Assembly (NCBI GenBank): GCA_963848295.1
Contig: CAWKDB010000010.1
Location: 2,816,001 to 2,880,000 of the forward strand
Source: an uncultured delta proteobacterium
GTDB taxonomy: Bacteria > Myxococcota_A > Polyangia > Haliangiales > Haliangiaceae
Length of the DNA stretch: 64,000 bases
Reading direction: 5' to 3'
Shown: positions 36,559 to 46,840 of the stretch, one piece after another
How positions within the stretch are numbered: position 1 is the stretch's first letter
Layout: each line of letters begins with the position of its first letter
Notes under the pieces: model-generated
Database searches by the model: none
What the model was told of the DNA's origin: nothing
Seen by the model: the letters and a program-made list of their open reading frames with translations, nothing else
Program-made: the position numbers and the translations under genes

Positions 36559-39408
36559 ATGGGTTTGATGGGGGATTCGCCGACGGAGCGTGAGCAGACT
36601 GCGCTGCCGACCGTCCTCGAACCGGGCCCGACCGGCGACGACTCGGCGACCGAGCTCACCACCGGCGCACGCCTCGGTCGCTACATCGTGCTCGATCGCG
36701 TCGGCCGTGGCGGCATGGGCGTGGTCTACGCCGCTTACGATCCGGATCTCGATCGCAAGGTCGCGGTCAAGCTGATGCGGGCGCGCGCCGGGCTCGGCAG
36801 CGCGGGCAGCGCGTGGTTGCTGCGCGAAGCCCAGGCGATGGCGGCGCTGACTCATCCGAACGTCGCGGCGGTCTACGACGTCGGCACGATCGACGATCAG
36901 CTATTCCTCGCGATGGAGCTGCTCGAAGGGTCGCTCGCGCGCTGGCTCGATCACGATCATCCGTGGCGCGACGTCGTGGCGCGCTTCCTCGAAGCGGGGC
37001 ACGGACTCGCCGCCGCGCACGGCGCCGGGATCGTCCACCGCGACTTCAAGCCCGACAACGTGCTGCTCACCAGCGACGGCCACGCAAAGGTCACCGATTT
37101 CGGGCTCGCGCGCGCCGATCCGTTGTCGAGCGGCTTGCTGTCGCCCGCGGGCTTGCTGCAATCGCCGATGACCGTCGCCGGCGAGATCGTGGGCACGCCG
37201 GTGTTCATGCCGCCCGAGCAGTTGCGAGGCGAGACCAGCGACGCGCGCGGCGATCAGTTCGCGTACTGCATGTCGTTCTTTCGCGCGCTGTACAAGACCG
37301 ATCCGTTCGGCGTCAAGGGCGACGGCCGACTCGATGCGATCAGCGCGAACAAGTTGATCGATCCGCCGACCGGCAGTCCCGCGCCCGCGTGGATGTATCG
37401 CGCGATCATCCGCGGGCTGCGCGCCGACCCTGCCGAGCGCTGGCCGGACATGGCTGCGTTGATCGCGACGCTCGAGCGCGATCCCGCGGTCACGCGCCGT
37501 CGAATCGCGATCGGCGCGGCGCTCGGCGTCGCGCTCGTCGGCATCGCCACCGCCTACGCGCTCGCTTCGCACTCGTCGGCGCCACCGTTGTGCTCCGGGG
37601 CCGACGGCAAGCTCGCCGGCGTGTGGGACGCGACCGCGCGCAGCGGCGTCGAGGCGGCGTTCGCCACGTCGCACGCACCGGGCGAGCCGGACGCGCTCCA
37701 CGACACCGAGCGCGAGCTCGATAGCTACGCGCACGACTGGGTCGCGATGCGCACCGAAGCGTGCGAGGCCACTCGGATCCGCGGCGACCAGACCGAGGAG
37801 GTGCTGACGTTGCGCACCGATTGCCTCGACTCGCGTCTCGTCGAGCTGCGCACGTTCGTTCGCGAGCTCGCGATCGCCGACGACAAGATGGTGTCGCACG
37901 CCGCCGCCGGCGCGAAGGCCCTGAGCGGCCTCGCCGGTTGTGCGGACGTGCCGGCGCTGCGTGCTCCCGATCGCCTGCCGAGTGAGCCCGACGCCCGCGC
38001 GCGCGTGGTCGCGCTACGCGACAAGCTCGCCGAAGGACGCGGCTTGTTGCAAGCGGTGCGGCTCAAGGAGGCGATCGCGATCGCGAAGCCGGCGGCGGCG
38101 GAAGCGACGAAGCTCGGCCATCGACCGACCGAAGCCGAGGCGTTGCTCCTCGCGGGCGAGATCGAGCTCCAGATGTCGTCGCCCGCCGCCGAAGGCGACT
38201 TGTTCGACGCCGGGCTCGCCGCGGAGGCCGGCAAGTCCGACGCGGTCAAGCTCGAGTCGTGGCTCTACCTGACGTCGGTCGCGCTCACCGGATCGAAGTT
38301 CGAGCTCGCGCTCCGGCGCTCGCAGGAAGCGAAGGCGACGCTCGAGCGCCTCGGCAAGCCGTGGCGCCAGGAAGCCCAGCTCCTGCGCTTGGAGGTCCAG
38401 ATCAACGGGCTCCAAGGCCACCTGCCCGAAGCGCTCGCCGCCGCCGAAGAACAACGCAAGCTGGTCGAGCGCGAGGAGGGCACGACGACACTCGAATACG
38501 CGAACGCGTTGAAAGCGAAAGCCGATGTGCTCGGCGAGCTCGGTCGCCAGGCCGAAGCGCTCGACGACTTTCGCACGGTGCTCGCGATCACCGAGCAGCA
38601 GCTCGGCCCGAAGCACGGCGACCTCGCGGTCGTGCTCACGAACATGGCGATCGTCGAGTACTACCTCGGCCGGCCCGAGGAGAGCGCGAAGCACGCGCGG
38701 CGAGCGCTCGCGATCACCGAAGCGGTCTACGGCGCCGACTCGCCCGAGACCGCCGCGGCGCTGACGATGGTCGGCACCGCGCTGCTCGCACAACGAGACT
38801 ACGCGGGCGCACTCGAGACGTTCCAGCGCAGCGAGAGAGCCGTCGAGCACGCGTTAGGCCCCGAGCACCCATCGCTCGCCGACCCGCTCGCGAACATCGG
38901 CAGCATGCTCGTCCAGCTCAAGCGGCCCGCCGAAGCCGTCCCGTACCTCGAGCGCGCGATCGCGATCGCGACCAAGAACGCGGCCGGCGACAGCCTCGAC
39001 ATCGTCCAGCTGCTCGCTTCGCAGTGCGATGTGTTACGTGCCGCCGGTCAGCTCGACGCTGCGGTCGCGGCGGGGCGACGGGCGCTCGCGATGGGCGAGA
39101 AGGCCTTCGGCAAGACGAGCTCGCGGCTGTTCGATCCGCTGAGCACGCTCGGGCGCGCGTTGCTCGCCGCCAAGCAACCGCGCGAAGCATCCGAGCTGCT
39201 CGATCGAGCGCTCGCCGCGCCGGCGGGCAATCCGAGCTCGCTGCCGGAGGTCGAGCTCGCTGCGGCGCAAGCCGCGTGGCGCACCGGCGGCGCTCGCGAC
39301 AAGGCGCTCGAGCTCGGTCGCAAGGCGCGCGATGACTACGGCAAGCTCGGTGCGCGTTGGGCCGCCGAGCTCGCCGAGGTCAACGTCTGGCTCGCCCACC
39401 CCGAGTAG
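36559..39408 (+). CDS. Membrane Ser/Thr protein kinase with TPR repeats
   Basis: GRGGMG, VAVK, HRDFKPDN, DFG, GTPVFMPPE; TM helix; TPR array. Confidence 0.95.
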   Translation: MGLMGDSPTEREQTALPTVLEPGPTGDDSATELTTGARLGRYIVLDRVGRGGMGVVYAAYDPDLDRKVAVKLMRARAGLGSAGSAWLLREAQAMAALTHPNVAAVYDVGTIDDQLFLAMELLEGSLARWLDHDHPWRDVVARFLEAGHGLAAAHGAGIVHRDFKPDNVLLTSDGHAKVTDFGLARADPLSSGLLSPAGLLQSPMTVAGEIVGTPVFMPPEQLRGETSDARGDQFAYCMSFFRALYKTDPFGVKGDGRLDAISANKLIDPPTGSPAPAWMYRAIIRGLRADPAERWPDMAALIATLERDPAVTRRRIAIGAALGVALVGIATAYALASHSSAPPLCSGADGKLAGVWDATARSGVEAAFATSHAPGEPDALHDTERELDSYAHDWVAMRTEACEATRIRGDQTEEVLTLRTDCLDSRLVELRTFVRELAIADDKMVSHAAAGAKALSGLAGCADVPALRAPDRLPSEPDARARVVALRDKLAEGRGLLQAVRLKEAIAIAKPAAAEATKLGHRPTEAEALLLAGEIELQMSSPAAEGDLFDAGLAAEAGKSDAVKLESWLYLTSVALTGSKFELALRRSQEAKATLERLGKPWRQEAQLLRLEVQINGLQGHLPEALAAAEEQRKLVEREEGTTTLEYANALKAKADVLGELGRQAEALDDFRTVLAITEQQLGPKHGDLAVVLTNMAIVEYYLGRPEESAKHARRALAITEAVYGADSPETAAALTMVGTALLAQRDYAGALETFQRSERAVEHALGPEHPSLADPLANIGSMLVQLKRPAEAVPYLERAIAIATKNAAGDSLDIVQLLASQCDVLRAAGQLDAAVAAGRRALAMGEKAFGKTSSRLFDPLSTLGRALLAAKQPREASELLDRALAAPAGNPSSLPEVELAAAQAAWRTGGARDKALELGRKARDDYGKLGARWAAELAEVNVWLAHPE

Positions 39409-39454
39409 CGCTACTTCGTCGCGGTGCCACGGTCGCGACGGCGTCGATCAGCGC

Positions 39455-40177
39455 TCAGTACGTGCCGGCCGGCGGCTTGATCAAGTTGACCGAGGGGTTG
39501 CCCGCGGCGTCGACCGTGCCCTGCAGCGTGAAGGTCGCCGGGGTGCTATCGCAGTCGGCGTCGCCGATCGCGTAGGCGGTGAATGATGTCGCGCTCGTGC
39601 CGACGAACGAATAGCCGTACGTGCTCTCCTCGTCGACCGAGAAGCCCATCGCGTTCCATTGTGGGTCGGCCTTGAACGCGGATGGCGTCGCCTTGCACTT
39701 GTTGTTGATCGCTGTCCCCGGCGTCGTCTCGGTGCCGCCCTTCATGCCGCAGCAACCGTTGGTCGCGCTGACGCCGGTCGGCAGGAACGCGGCGTTGCCG
39801 ACGGTGAACGACGAGGTTTCGCCGAAGGCGCGCTTCTGCATCTTGCCGATCGCGTTGAGCTCGAGCGCCGCTTCGGACGGACCGCCGGAGTGCTTGTGAC
39901 CTTTTCTCTCGCCGTCGTCCGATTTCGACATGCACGCGATCGCGTCCTTCTCGTCCTTGATGTTCGCGACGCACGAGCGCACCTCGTCGGACCACTTGTC
40001 ACCGATGCACGCGGCGACCGCATCTGCCATCACCTTCTTGTCGGCGAGCTTGGTCGCGACCTTCGCGGCCTTCGCGAGCGCTTCGTCACAGCTCGGGGCG
40101 GCGGCCTTTTTGCAACCCGCGAGCGAGACGGCCAGCGCGATCGAGAGGGCGAAGATGAGGTTGGGGGGCGTGGTCAT
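39455..40177 (-). CDS. Lipoprotein with type IV pilin-like C-terminal domain
   Basis: Lipobox LAGC; SEAALELNAIGKMQKRAFGE ... FTAYAIGDADCD. Confidence 0.7.
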   Translation of the reverse strand: MTTPPNLIFALSIALAVSLAGCKKAAAPSCDEALAKAAKVATKLADKKVMADAVAACIGDKWSDEVRSCVANIKDEKDAIACMSKSDDGERKGHKHSGGPSEAALELNAIGKMQKRAFGETSSFTVGNAAFLPTGVSATNGCCGMKGGTETTPGTAINNKCKATPSAFKADPQWNAMGFSVDEESTYGYSFVGTSATSFTAYAIGDADCDSTPATFTLQGTVDAAGNPSVNLIKPPAGTY

Positions 40178-40241
40178 GGGCCCGCAGCATAGGGTGCGGC
40201 TCGGTCGATCGCACCCGTGGCGGGTGTAATCTGTTCGATAC

Positions 40242-41222
40242 ATGGCGATGTCTCGATGGCAGTGCACGTTCCTGGCCGCGGTCGCGGCGAGCTGCGGTGG
40301 CGGGTCGTCGCATCATCTCAACGACGCGTCGTCGAGCACGAGCTCGCCCGGCATCTACGTCACGCAAGGTGGATCGGTGCTGGTGTTCGACATCACCGCG
40401 AACGGCGACGCCGCACCCGTGCGGACGATCGCGGGCGCCAACACCGGCCTCGGCTTGCCGATCGGGATCGCGGTCGATCATCGCAACGACATCTTCGTCG
40501 CCGATCGCACCCAATCGGTGGTCGCGATCTTCGCGACGAACGCGAACGGCGACGTCGCGCCGGTCAGCACGCTGACCGCGCCGAACATGCTGTCGCCCGA
40601 AGGGCTCGCGCTCGGCCCGAGTGAAGACGTCTACGCCTCGACCTGCCCGGACTGCGGGGAGTCGGCCGGCGGCGACACCGCGATCTTCCATTTCCCGGCC
40701 GGCTCGATGACGAGCGACTTCTCGATCGATGGCGCCGACACCGGGCTCAGCGATCCCGATGCGTTGACGGTGGACGCGAACCACGATCTGTTCGTGTCGA
40801 ACGCGTTCGGCGGCTTGGTCTCGATCTATGCGCAAGGCGCGAACGGCGATGCCGCACCGACGAGCTCGTTCACCCCGGCGGGCGGCCCGAACATTCAAGG
40901 AATGGCGCACGGCACGAGCACGATCGCGATCGCCGATCCCAGCGATGGCGTCGCGCTCTACGCCGCGTCGTCGGTCGGCGACGCGACCCCGGCCGCGACG
41001 ATCGCGAGCTCGGCGCAGTTTCCGCTGGCCTATCCCGGCGGGATCTTCTTCGACGAGACGGTGTCACCGCCGGATCTCTACGTCGTCGACTACTCCGGCA
41101 ACGCGATCTACATCGTCCACACCGCCGGCACCGAGCCCGCGCTCTCGCTCGCGAGCGTGACGACGATCAGCGGTCCGACGACCGGGCTCACCTCGCCACT
41201 GCAGATCGCCGTCGTTCACTGA
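40242..41222 (+). CDS. NHL-repeat beta-propeller lipoprotein
   Basis: Lipobox AASC; LxxPxGIAVD repeats. Confidence 0.8.
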   Translation: MAMSRWQCTFLAAVAASCGGGSSHHLNDASSSTSSPGIYVTQGGSVLVFDITANGDAAPVRTIAGANTGLGLPIGIAVDHRNDIFVADRTQSVVAIFATNANGDVAPVSTLTAPNMLSPEGLALGPSEDVYASTCPDCGESAGGDTAIFHFPAGSMTSDFSIDGADTGLSDPDALTVDANHDLFVSNAFGGLVSIYAQGANGDAAPTSSFTPAGGPNIQGMAHGTSTIAIADPSDGVALYAASSVGDATPAATIASSAQFPLAYPGGIFFDETVSPPDLYVVDYSGNAIYIVHTAGTEPALSLASVTTISGPTTGLTSPLQIAVVH

Positions 41223-41238
41223 GCCCGCAGCCGCTGAC

Positions 41239-42642
41239 TCAGCTCGGCGCGGTCACCGGGCCATCGTGTGCGGGGTTGCCGCCGAACATGTGCCAACCGT
41301 CGAGCGTGTGGTCGCCGACTTCGAGCGCGATGACGTAGCCGTCCTCGGTGGTCGCGTAGACCCAGCCGCGCGCGACGATCGGCTCGGCGATGACGTGATG
41401 GCCGATCGAGTACGACCACAGCGTGTAGCCGGTGTCGACGTCGAGGCCGAACAGCTGGCCATCGCGGGTCGACACGACGACCTGCGGGCCGGCGAGCGCG
41501 ACCGATCCGAGCGAGCGCGGATCGCCCTTCGCCTGATAGCGCCGGCGCCAGCGCTGCGCGCCGGTCGCCGCGTCGGTCGCCGCGAGCTCGCCGGCCATCG
41601 CGACGTAGCGCACGCCGTGATCGACGACTGGGCGCGAGCCTTCGAACGCCCACACTGCCTCGGGCTGCTCGATGTTCTGCGGCACATCGCTCGTCGTGTC
41701 GCCGTGACCGGCGTCGTGCTTCGCGATGACCTCGCCGCTGGCGGCGGAGACGACGATCTGTTGCTCGACGCCGGCGTGACGGCGCGTGACGTACAAGCGG
41801 TCGCCGTCGAGCCACGGAGCGGTCGTCGCAAAGAGCGGCTTGTGCCACAGCGGTTTGCCGTCGCGGCGGCGGAACCGAAACGTCCAACCGGCGACGGTCG
41901 AGACGTAGACCGAGTCACCCGCGATCACCGGCGCGGCGAGCAGCTCGCTGCCGACCCAGCTCGACCACATCGGCTCCCCGGTCTTGACCGCATACGCCGA
42001 CAGGTCTTGCGAGGCGCCGTCCGGGTGCGCGGCGAACACGAGGCCGTCGGCGACCGCGGTCTGCGATAACGTCTGCGTGCCGATGTAGCGCCGCCACAGC
42101 GTCTTGCCGGTCTTGGCCTCGAGCGCGAACAACGAGCAGCTCTCGGTGTTGAACACCACGCGACCGTCGTCGTAGACGGGGGCGGTCGGCCCGGGATCGG
42201 ACAGCCCTGCGTTGGTCCAGTCGATCTGACCGGTCGTCGCGTCGAGCGCGTAGAACGCGTTCGAGTTGAACCCGCCGGAGACGTAGACCTTGTCGTCGCC
42301 GAACGCGACCGCCGGCAGCTGCTCGGCCTCCGGAATGCGCGCGACCCACGCCCGGCGATCGTCGGCGAACCGAAACGCGACGGCGCCGCCGCGCGGAGGC
42401 GTCGGGACCGCAACCGGGACGACCGCACGATCCGCGCCGAAGTCGAGCACCGCGGTCGACCGAACCGCGGCTGGCTCCACCACGGGCGGTGCGATCGGTC
42501 CGGCGAGATCGATCCCGGGCGCGGGGCGCAACGCCGGTGGCGGGGTTGGCGCGGTCGGTCGCGACGACGTCGCCGCCGGTGGGCTTGTCGGCGAGCTACA
42601 GGCCGCGATCGCGAGCAGTGCACATGAACGCGTGATCATCAT
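41239..42642 (-). CDS. PQQ-binding-like beta-propeller lipoprotein
   Basis: Repeated ALDATTG..W / ALEAKTGKTLW motifs; lipobox IAAC. Confidence 0.85.
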   Translation of the reverse strand: MMITRSCALLAIAACSSPTSPPAATSSRPTAPTPPPALRPAPGIDLAGPIAPPVVEPAAVRSTAVLDFGADRAVVPVAVPTPPRGGAVAFRFADDRRAWVARIPEAEQLPAVAFGDDKVYVSGGFNSNAFYALDATTGQIDWTNAGLSDPGPTAPVYDDGRVVFNTESCSLFALEAKTGKTLWRRYIGTQTLSQTAVADGLVFAAHPDGASQDLSAYAVKTGEPMWSSWVGSELLAAPVIAGDSVYVSTVAGWTFRFRRRDGKPLWHKPLFATTAPWLDGDRLYVTRRHAGVEQQIVVSAASGEVIAKHDAGHGDTTSDVPQNIEQPEAVWAFEGSRPVVDHGVRYVAMAGELAATDAATGAQRWRRRYQAKGDPRSLGSVALAGPQVVVSTRDGQLFGLDVDTGYTLWSYSIGHHVIAEPIVARGWVYATTEDGYVIALEVGDHTLDGWHMFGGNPAHDGPVTAPS

Positions 42643-45011
42643 TTTCCCTCGATGAGAAACCGCGCGGCGGCCGGATCGTCATCCGACATCGGCGGGTCGG
42701 GCGGCGGTGGCGGCGGTGGCGGCTGGAGCGTGAACGGGTAATTCACTTGCACGGTGCCGCCATCGGGCACGGCCGGGAACTCGATCTCCGCGACGACGCC
42801 GGAGATGCAGCCGGTGAGCGCGCTATCGTCGATGCCATCGGCGGTCGAGCTGAGGACGTGGCCGTCGGCGCCGACCGAGAAGTGCACGGTCACGACACCG
42901 GCGAGCGTGCGGTGCTCGATCAGCGCACGCTGGTAACACTCGTGGATCGCCGCGATCCGCCGGCGCACGTAGCGGTGGATCACATTCTTGTCGAGATCGC
43001 CGATCGAGACCGCCTGGCCCACGACGATCGTCGGCATCGCCGCGATGCGGCCGAACCCGCCACCACCGACGCCGGAGCCGCTCATGCCAAAGCCGCGGCC
43101 GATCGTGCCGTAGCTGACGACATCGGCCATGCCGATGTCGCCGTAGCCGATGCCGCCACCGCTGGCCTCGGCGATGTGGTCCGGCACCTCGACCGGCACC
43201 GCGATCGTCGTCGCCGGCCCACCGCTGGTGACGCGCGACGCATCGACCGCGACGAACGCGGTGTACGGCGTCATCAAGTGCTGCGCGAGCGCGAGCTCGG
43301 TGATCTGCTTGACCACGGCCGGATCGGCTTTTCGGATCAGAGCGCGCGACAGCTCGGTGATGCGCTGGCGCGCCCAGACGGTCGCGATCGCGGGGCGCGT
43401 TGCGTCGTGATCGGGCAACGTCACCGGAACCTCGAACGCGACTGCTCGGCCGCCGAGCATGCCGCGCACCGTGACGGTGGCGCTGCCGCCGCGATCGTAG
43501 TGACCCGACACGACGAGCGGCTGACCGGCGAACAGATCGGGCAACGCGTTCGGGGTTGCATCGCGCACCGCGAGCCCGCCCCAGTCGACGCGAAGATCGG
43601 TCAGCACCGGCGCGTCGATCCGGCGCACGAACGCGGCGACCGCACGCGCCGTATCCTCGTCGGGACGCACGTACTGGACGTCGCCGCGCCCGACCACCGC
43701 GAGCTCGTCGAGCAAGTAGCGATTGACCGCCGAGCCGACCCCGAAGCTGAACAGCCGGGCGGCGCCGAGCTTCGCGCTCACGGTCGCGAGCACGTCGTCT
43801 TCGTTCCCGACGTAGCCATCGGTGAGAAACGCGACGATCCGCAACCGCGCCGGATCGTGCGGCACCGCGAGCGCCGCGGCGATGCCGGTCGTCATCTCGG
43901 TACCGCCGTTCGCGTCGAGCTTCGCGAGCCAATCGAGCGTGAGCGCGACGTTCTGCGGCTTGTTCGCGATCGGTGCCGCGCCGAGCGCGCTCGCGCGATC
44001 CGCGAAGCGCACGATCTGAAACGTATCGTCGGGTCGCAGCTTGCGCAGCGCCTCGCCGATGACTTGCTTGGCTTTTGCGAGCGGCGCGCCGCGCATCGAC
44101 GACGACGTGTCGAGCACGAACACGAGCTCGCGCGGCGTGATCGTCTCGGGGGCGGGCGCGGCCGGCGGTTGAGCGACGAGCAGGAAGCTGCCGTCGCCGC
44201 CATCGCGATAGCCGAGCACGCCGAACCGCGGCGTGTCGCCGGCGACGCGATAGCGCAGCACGAAGTCTTTGTTCGGGATGGTGTCGCCGGGCGCGAGCTC
44301 GATCGACGCACGCGACGGGCCCGGCCGCGCGAGCACGAGTCGATGCGAAGGCGAGGTCACATCTTCGATCGGCACGCCGGCATCGAGCTCGACGCTCAAG
44401 CTGATGTCGTGCGAGCTGCGAACCCCGGGAGGCAGTACGGGCGCTTGCACGGTCGGGTCCTTACCAGCGCTGGGCAAGTAGCGCGGGCCGACGACCATCG
44501 GGAACGCGAGCTCGTAGCCGCCGTCGGCGTAAGGCAACCGCTCGACGTAGCGCAGCGTGACGTCGATCTCGGCCGCGGGCTCGAGGTTCGCGATCGACTG
44601 CGTGAACAGATTCGGCCGCTCCTCGGTGAGCAGCGCGGCGACGAGCCCTTTGCGGCGCGCGGCTCGATAGATCTGCTTCGCGGCCTCGCGCGGCTGGATC
44701 GTGCCGTGGATGACGTGCGTGCCGTTCGTGATCGTCAGCTCGGTGACCGCGGCGTCGTCGGGCAGTGGGAACAGGTAGACCGCCTCGATCTTCGTCGGGT
44801 ACGGATTGCGAAAGTGCTGGGTCACGGTTGCATCGGCGAGGAAGCCGTCGACGCGGATGTGAACGTCGGTGTGGGCGAGCGGAACGTCGATCGTCTTGCC
44901 GTGCTCGCGAGTCACGAGCCGGCCTTCGGTCGTCGCATCGCCACTCGTCGCGCGCGCAACGGCGGACGCGGACAATAGGATCCCGATCACCAGCGCGCTG
45001 GTGTTGCGCAT
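42639..45011 (-). CDS. VIT-vWA protein with AgmX/PglI (TonB-C-like) C-terminal domain
   Basis: VIT (EAVYLFPLP, FTQSIAN), MIDAS DTSSSM, LTDG; C-terminus IHECYQRAL...VNYPFTL. Confidence 0.9.
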   Translation of the reverse strand: MRNTSALVIGILLSASAVARATSGDATTEGRLVTREHGKTIDVPLAHTDVHIRVDGFLADATVTQHFRNPYPTKIEAVYLFPLPDDAAVTELTITNGTHVIHGTIQPREAAKQIYRAARRKGLVAALLTEERPNLFTQSIANLEPAAEIDVTLRYVERLPYADGGYELAFPMVVGPRYLPSAGKDPTVQAPVLPPGVRSSHDISLSVELDAGVPIEDVTSPSHRLVLARPGPSRASIELAPGDTIPNKDFVLRYRVAGDTPRFGVLGYRDGGDGSFLLVAQPPAAPAPETITPRELVFVLDTSSSMRGAPLAKAKQVIGEALRKLRPDDTFQIVRFADRASALGAAPIANKPQNVALTLDWLAKLDANGGTEMTTGIAAALAVPHDPARLRIVAFLTDGYVGNEDDVLATVSAKLGAARLFSFGVGSAVNRYLLDELAVVGRGDVQYVRPDEDTARAVAAFVRRIDAPVLTDLRVDWGGLAVRDATPNALPDLFAGQPLVVSGHYDRGGSATVTVRGMLGGRAVAFEVPVTLPDHDATRPAIATVWARQRITELSRALIRKADPAVVKQITELALAQHLMTPYTAFVAVDASRVTSGGPATTIAVPVEVPDHIAEASGGGIGYGDIGMADVVSYGTIGRGFGMSGSGVGGGGFGRIAAMPTIVVGQAVSIGDLDKNVIHRYVRRRIAAIHECYQRALIEHRTLAGVVTVHFSVGADGHVLSSTADGIDDSALTGCISGVVAEIEFPAVPDGGTVQVNYPFTLQPPPPPPPPDPPMSDDDPAAARFLIEGK

Positions 45012-45099
45012 GACTGCTCCTCGCGACGCGGAGCGGCCCGCGTTCACCACTTCGACAGTGGCGCGCGCGATCGGTTCCCCGAGATTCGGCTAGGACCCG

Positions 45100-46005
45100 C
45101 TACGGCAGGCAGGTGCCGCCGAGTGCGCTGGTCGAATCGCCGCACGTCGAGCCGACCCGACACGTCAGGCCGGGGCAACATGGATCGGTCAACACGCCGG
45201 CGTTCTGGCCACTCTCGGTCTCGCAGCCGGCCGTCCCGCTCGGAGCACACGTCGCCGGCAGAGGTAGCCCGTGGGTCGCCTGCGAGTACTCGGCGGAGGT
45301 CAAGCAATACGAGCTTTCGCCGCCGGAACCGAGTGGATCGCACTCGAGCGTCGACACGAGGATCCCGCCGGGACACGTGTCGCTGCCGCCACCGTCGCCA
45401 CCACTGCTCGACTGCGGCGGCGCGATCGTCACCTGAACCGTGAGCGGGTTGTTCGCCACCGCGGTCGCAAGCGTGATCAACGTCGCCGGGTCATCGATCG
45501 ACGCGCAATCCGTGCTCGCCACGACTGACACTTCGAGCCCGAAGGTCGCGCCGGTCGGCTCGCTCGCGGCGAACCCGACGCTGCCGTTGATCGTTCCCGC
45601 GGTCTTGTGGTCGTGCAGGCCGGGGAAACATCCGGTGTGCGAGCTATGCCCGCCGGTGCCGGATAGCCTGAACGCGAGCATCGGCTGGCAGCCGTTCGGA
45701 TCGGCGAAGCTCACGTCGAGGATGTCAGTGAACGGAACGTCGTCGAAGATCAGCGAGCCGAGCGAGAACGAGAGCGACACCGGCACGGAGGTGATCGACG
45801 GCACCATCGGCGACGTGCTCGTCGCGGTGATCAGCGTGGTGACGGCCGTCGAGTCGACGTACGTCACGGGTACGGTGTTGCCGCTGCCGTCTTCGAGTAC
45901 GAAATGCGCCATCAAGCAGTCGAGATCATCCGAGCCGCAGGTCGGCGGTGGGCTCGTGCACGCAGCAAGGCAGACACCCGACGCGAGTAGGATCCGTGAC
46001 ATCAA
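45100..46005 (-). CDS. Cys-rich hypothetical lipoprotein
   Basis: Lipobox LAAC; Cys-rich C-terminus. Confidence 0.7.
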   Translation of the reverse strand: MMSRILLASGVCLAACTSPPPTCGSDDLDCLMAHFVLEDGSGNTVPVTYVDSTAVTTLITATSTSPMVPSITSVPVSLSFSLGSLIFDDVPFTDILDVSFADPNGCQPMLAFRLSGTGGHSSHTGCFPGLHDHKTAGTINGSVGFAASEPTGATFGLEVSVVASTDCASIDDPATLITLATAVANNPLTVQVTIAPPQSSSGGDGGGSDTCPGGILVSTLECDPLGSGGESSYCLTSAEYSQATHGLPLPATCAPSGTAGCETESGQNAGVLTDPCCPGLTCRVGSTCGDSTSALGGTCLP

Positions 46006-46135
46006 GACATCTATCGTAGTCGAACCGACGATCCGGCGTCGGGTAAGTATCGGGTCCGCTGCGTGACGGACCAGCGTCTTCGACCCACATGCCTGCGCGA
46101 CGGGCGTCGGGCGAGCGGCGTGCCATCATCGAGCC

Positions 46136-46727
46136 GTGCAGCGCACCGGCCTCGCGTTCGTCTGCCTCGCGGCGTGCGCTGGACCACTCGTCCCGATCGA
46201 GCCGATGCCGATCGCTTGAGTCATGCCGGGCAACCGCGGTTCGTACGAAAAGGCGGCGTCGCGCTCTCCGGCCGGAACTGCGGCGAGGCATACCAGCGCG
46301 CGGTCACCGGCGTGCCCGAGGCTGCGGCGCTGATGCGCGAACGTTCGAGCTACATGACGGCGTACGGTGCGCTGATCTCCAGCGTCCCCGTGCTGCCGAT
46401 CGGTTCACTCGCCGCCGGTGATGCGTTCGCCGATCACGGCACGCGCGATGCGGTGATCGGGGCGGCTTCGGGCTCGCGCTGACTTCGTTCGTGGTCGGGA
46501 TCGCGATGGGACACGTCGCGATGACCAAGCGCAGCGAGGCCGTACACCTCTACAATGCGCGGTACGCGCGGCTCGTCCCAGCACCGCCGCCGGCGCCGAC
46601 CGATTGCCGCGCTGCCTGCGCGCTCGACGGCGCGCGGTGCGGCAGCTTCGAGCAAGACGAATGTCCTCGCCGGCCCGACGCGATGTGCAGCAGGTGGTAC
46701 CCGTGCGACGCCGCGTACTGCGAGTGA
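46136..46727 (+). pseudogene. Frameshifted hypothetical membrane protein
   Basis: Coherent fragments in successive frames (46063..46482, 46491..46727); boundaries uncertain. Confidence 0.35.
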
Positions 46728-46741
46728 CGAACCCCGCGGCT

Positions 46742-46840
46742 AAGTTGACAATAGAGACAGCGTCACCAAATTCTTCCAGTCGATGCCACTAGATAGACAG
46801 GGGGCCTCTGGGCACAAGTTGACAATAGAGACAGCGTCCC
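46742..46840 (+). repeat. Direct pair of family-A repeats, 74-bp period
   Basis: AAGTTGACAATAGAGACAGCGTC at 46742 and 46816. Confidence 0.9.
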
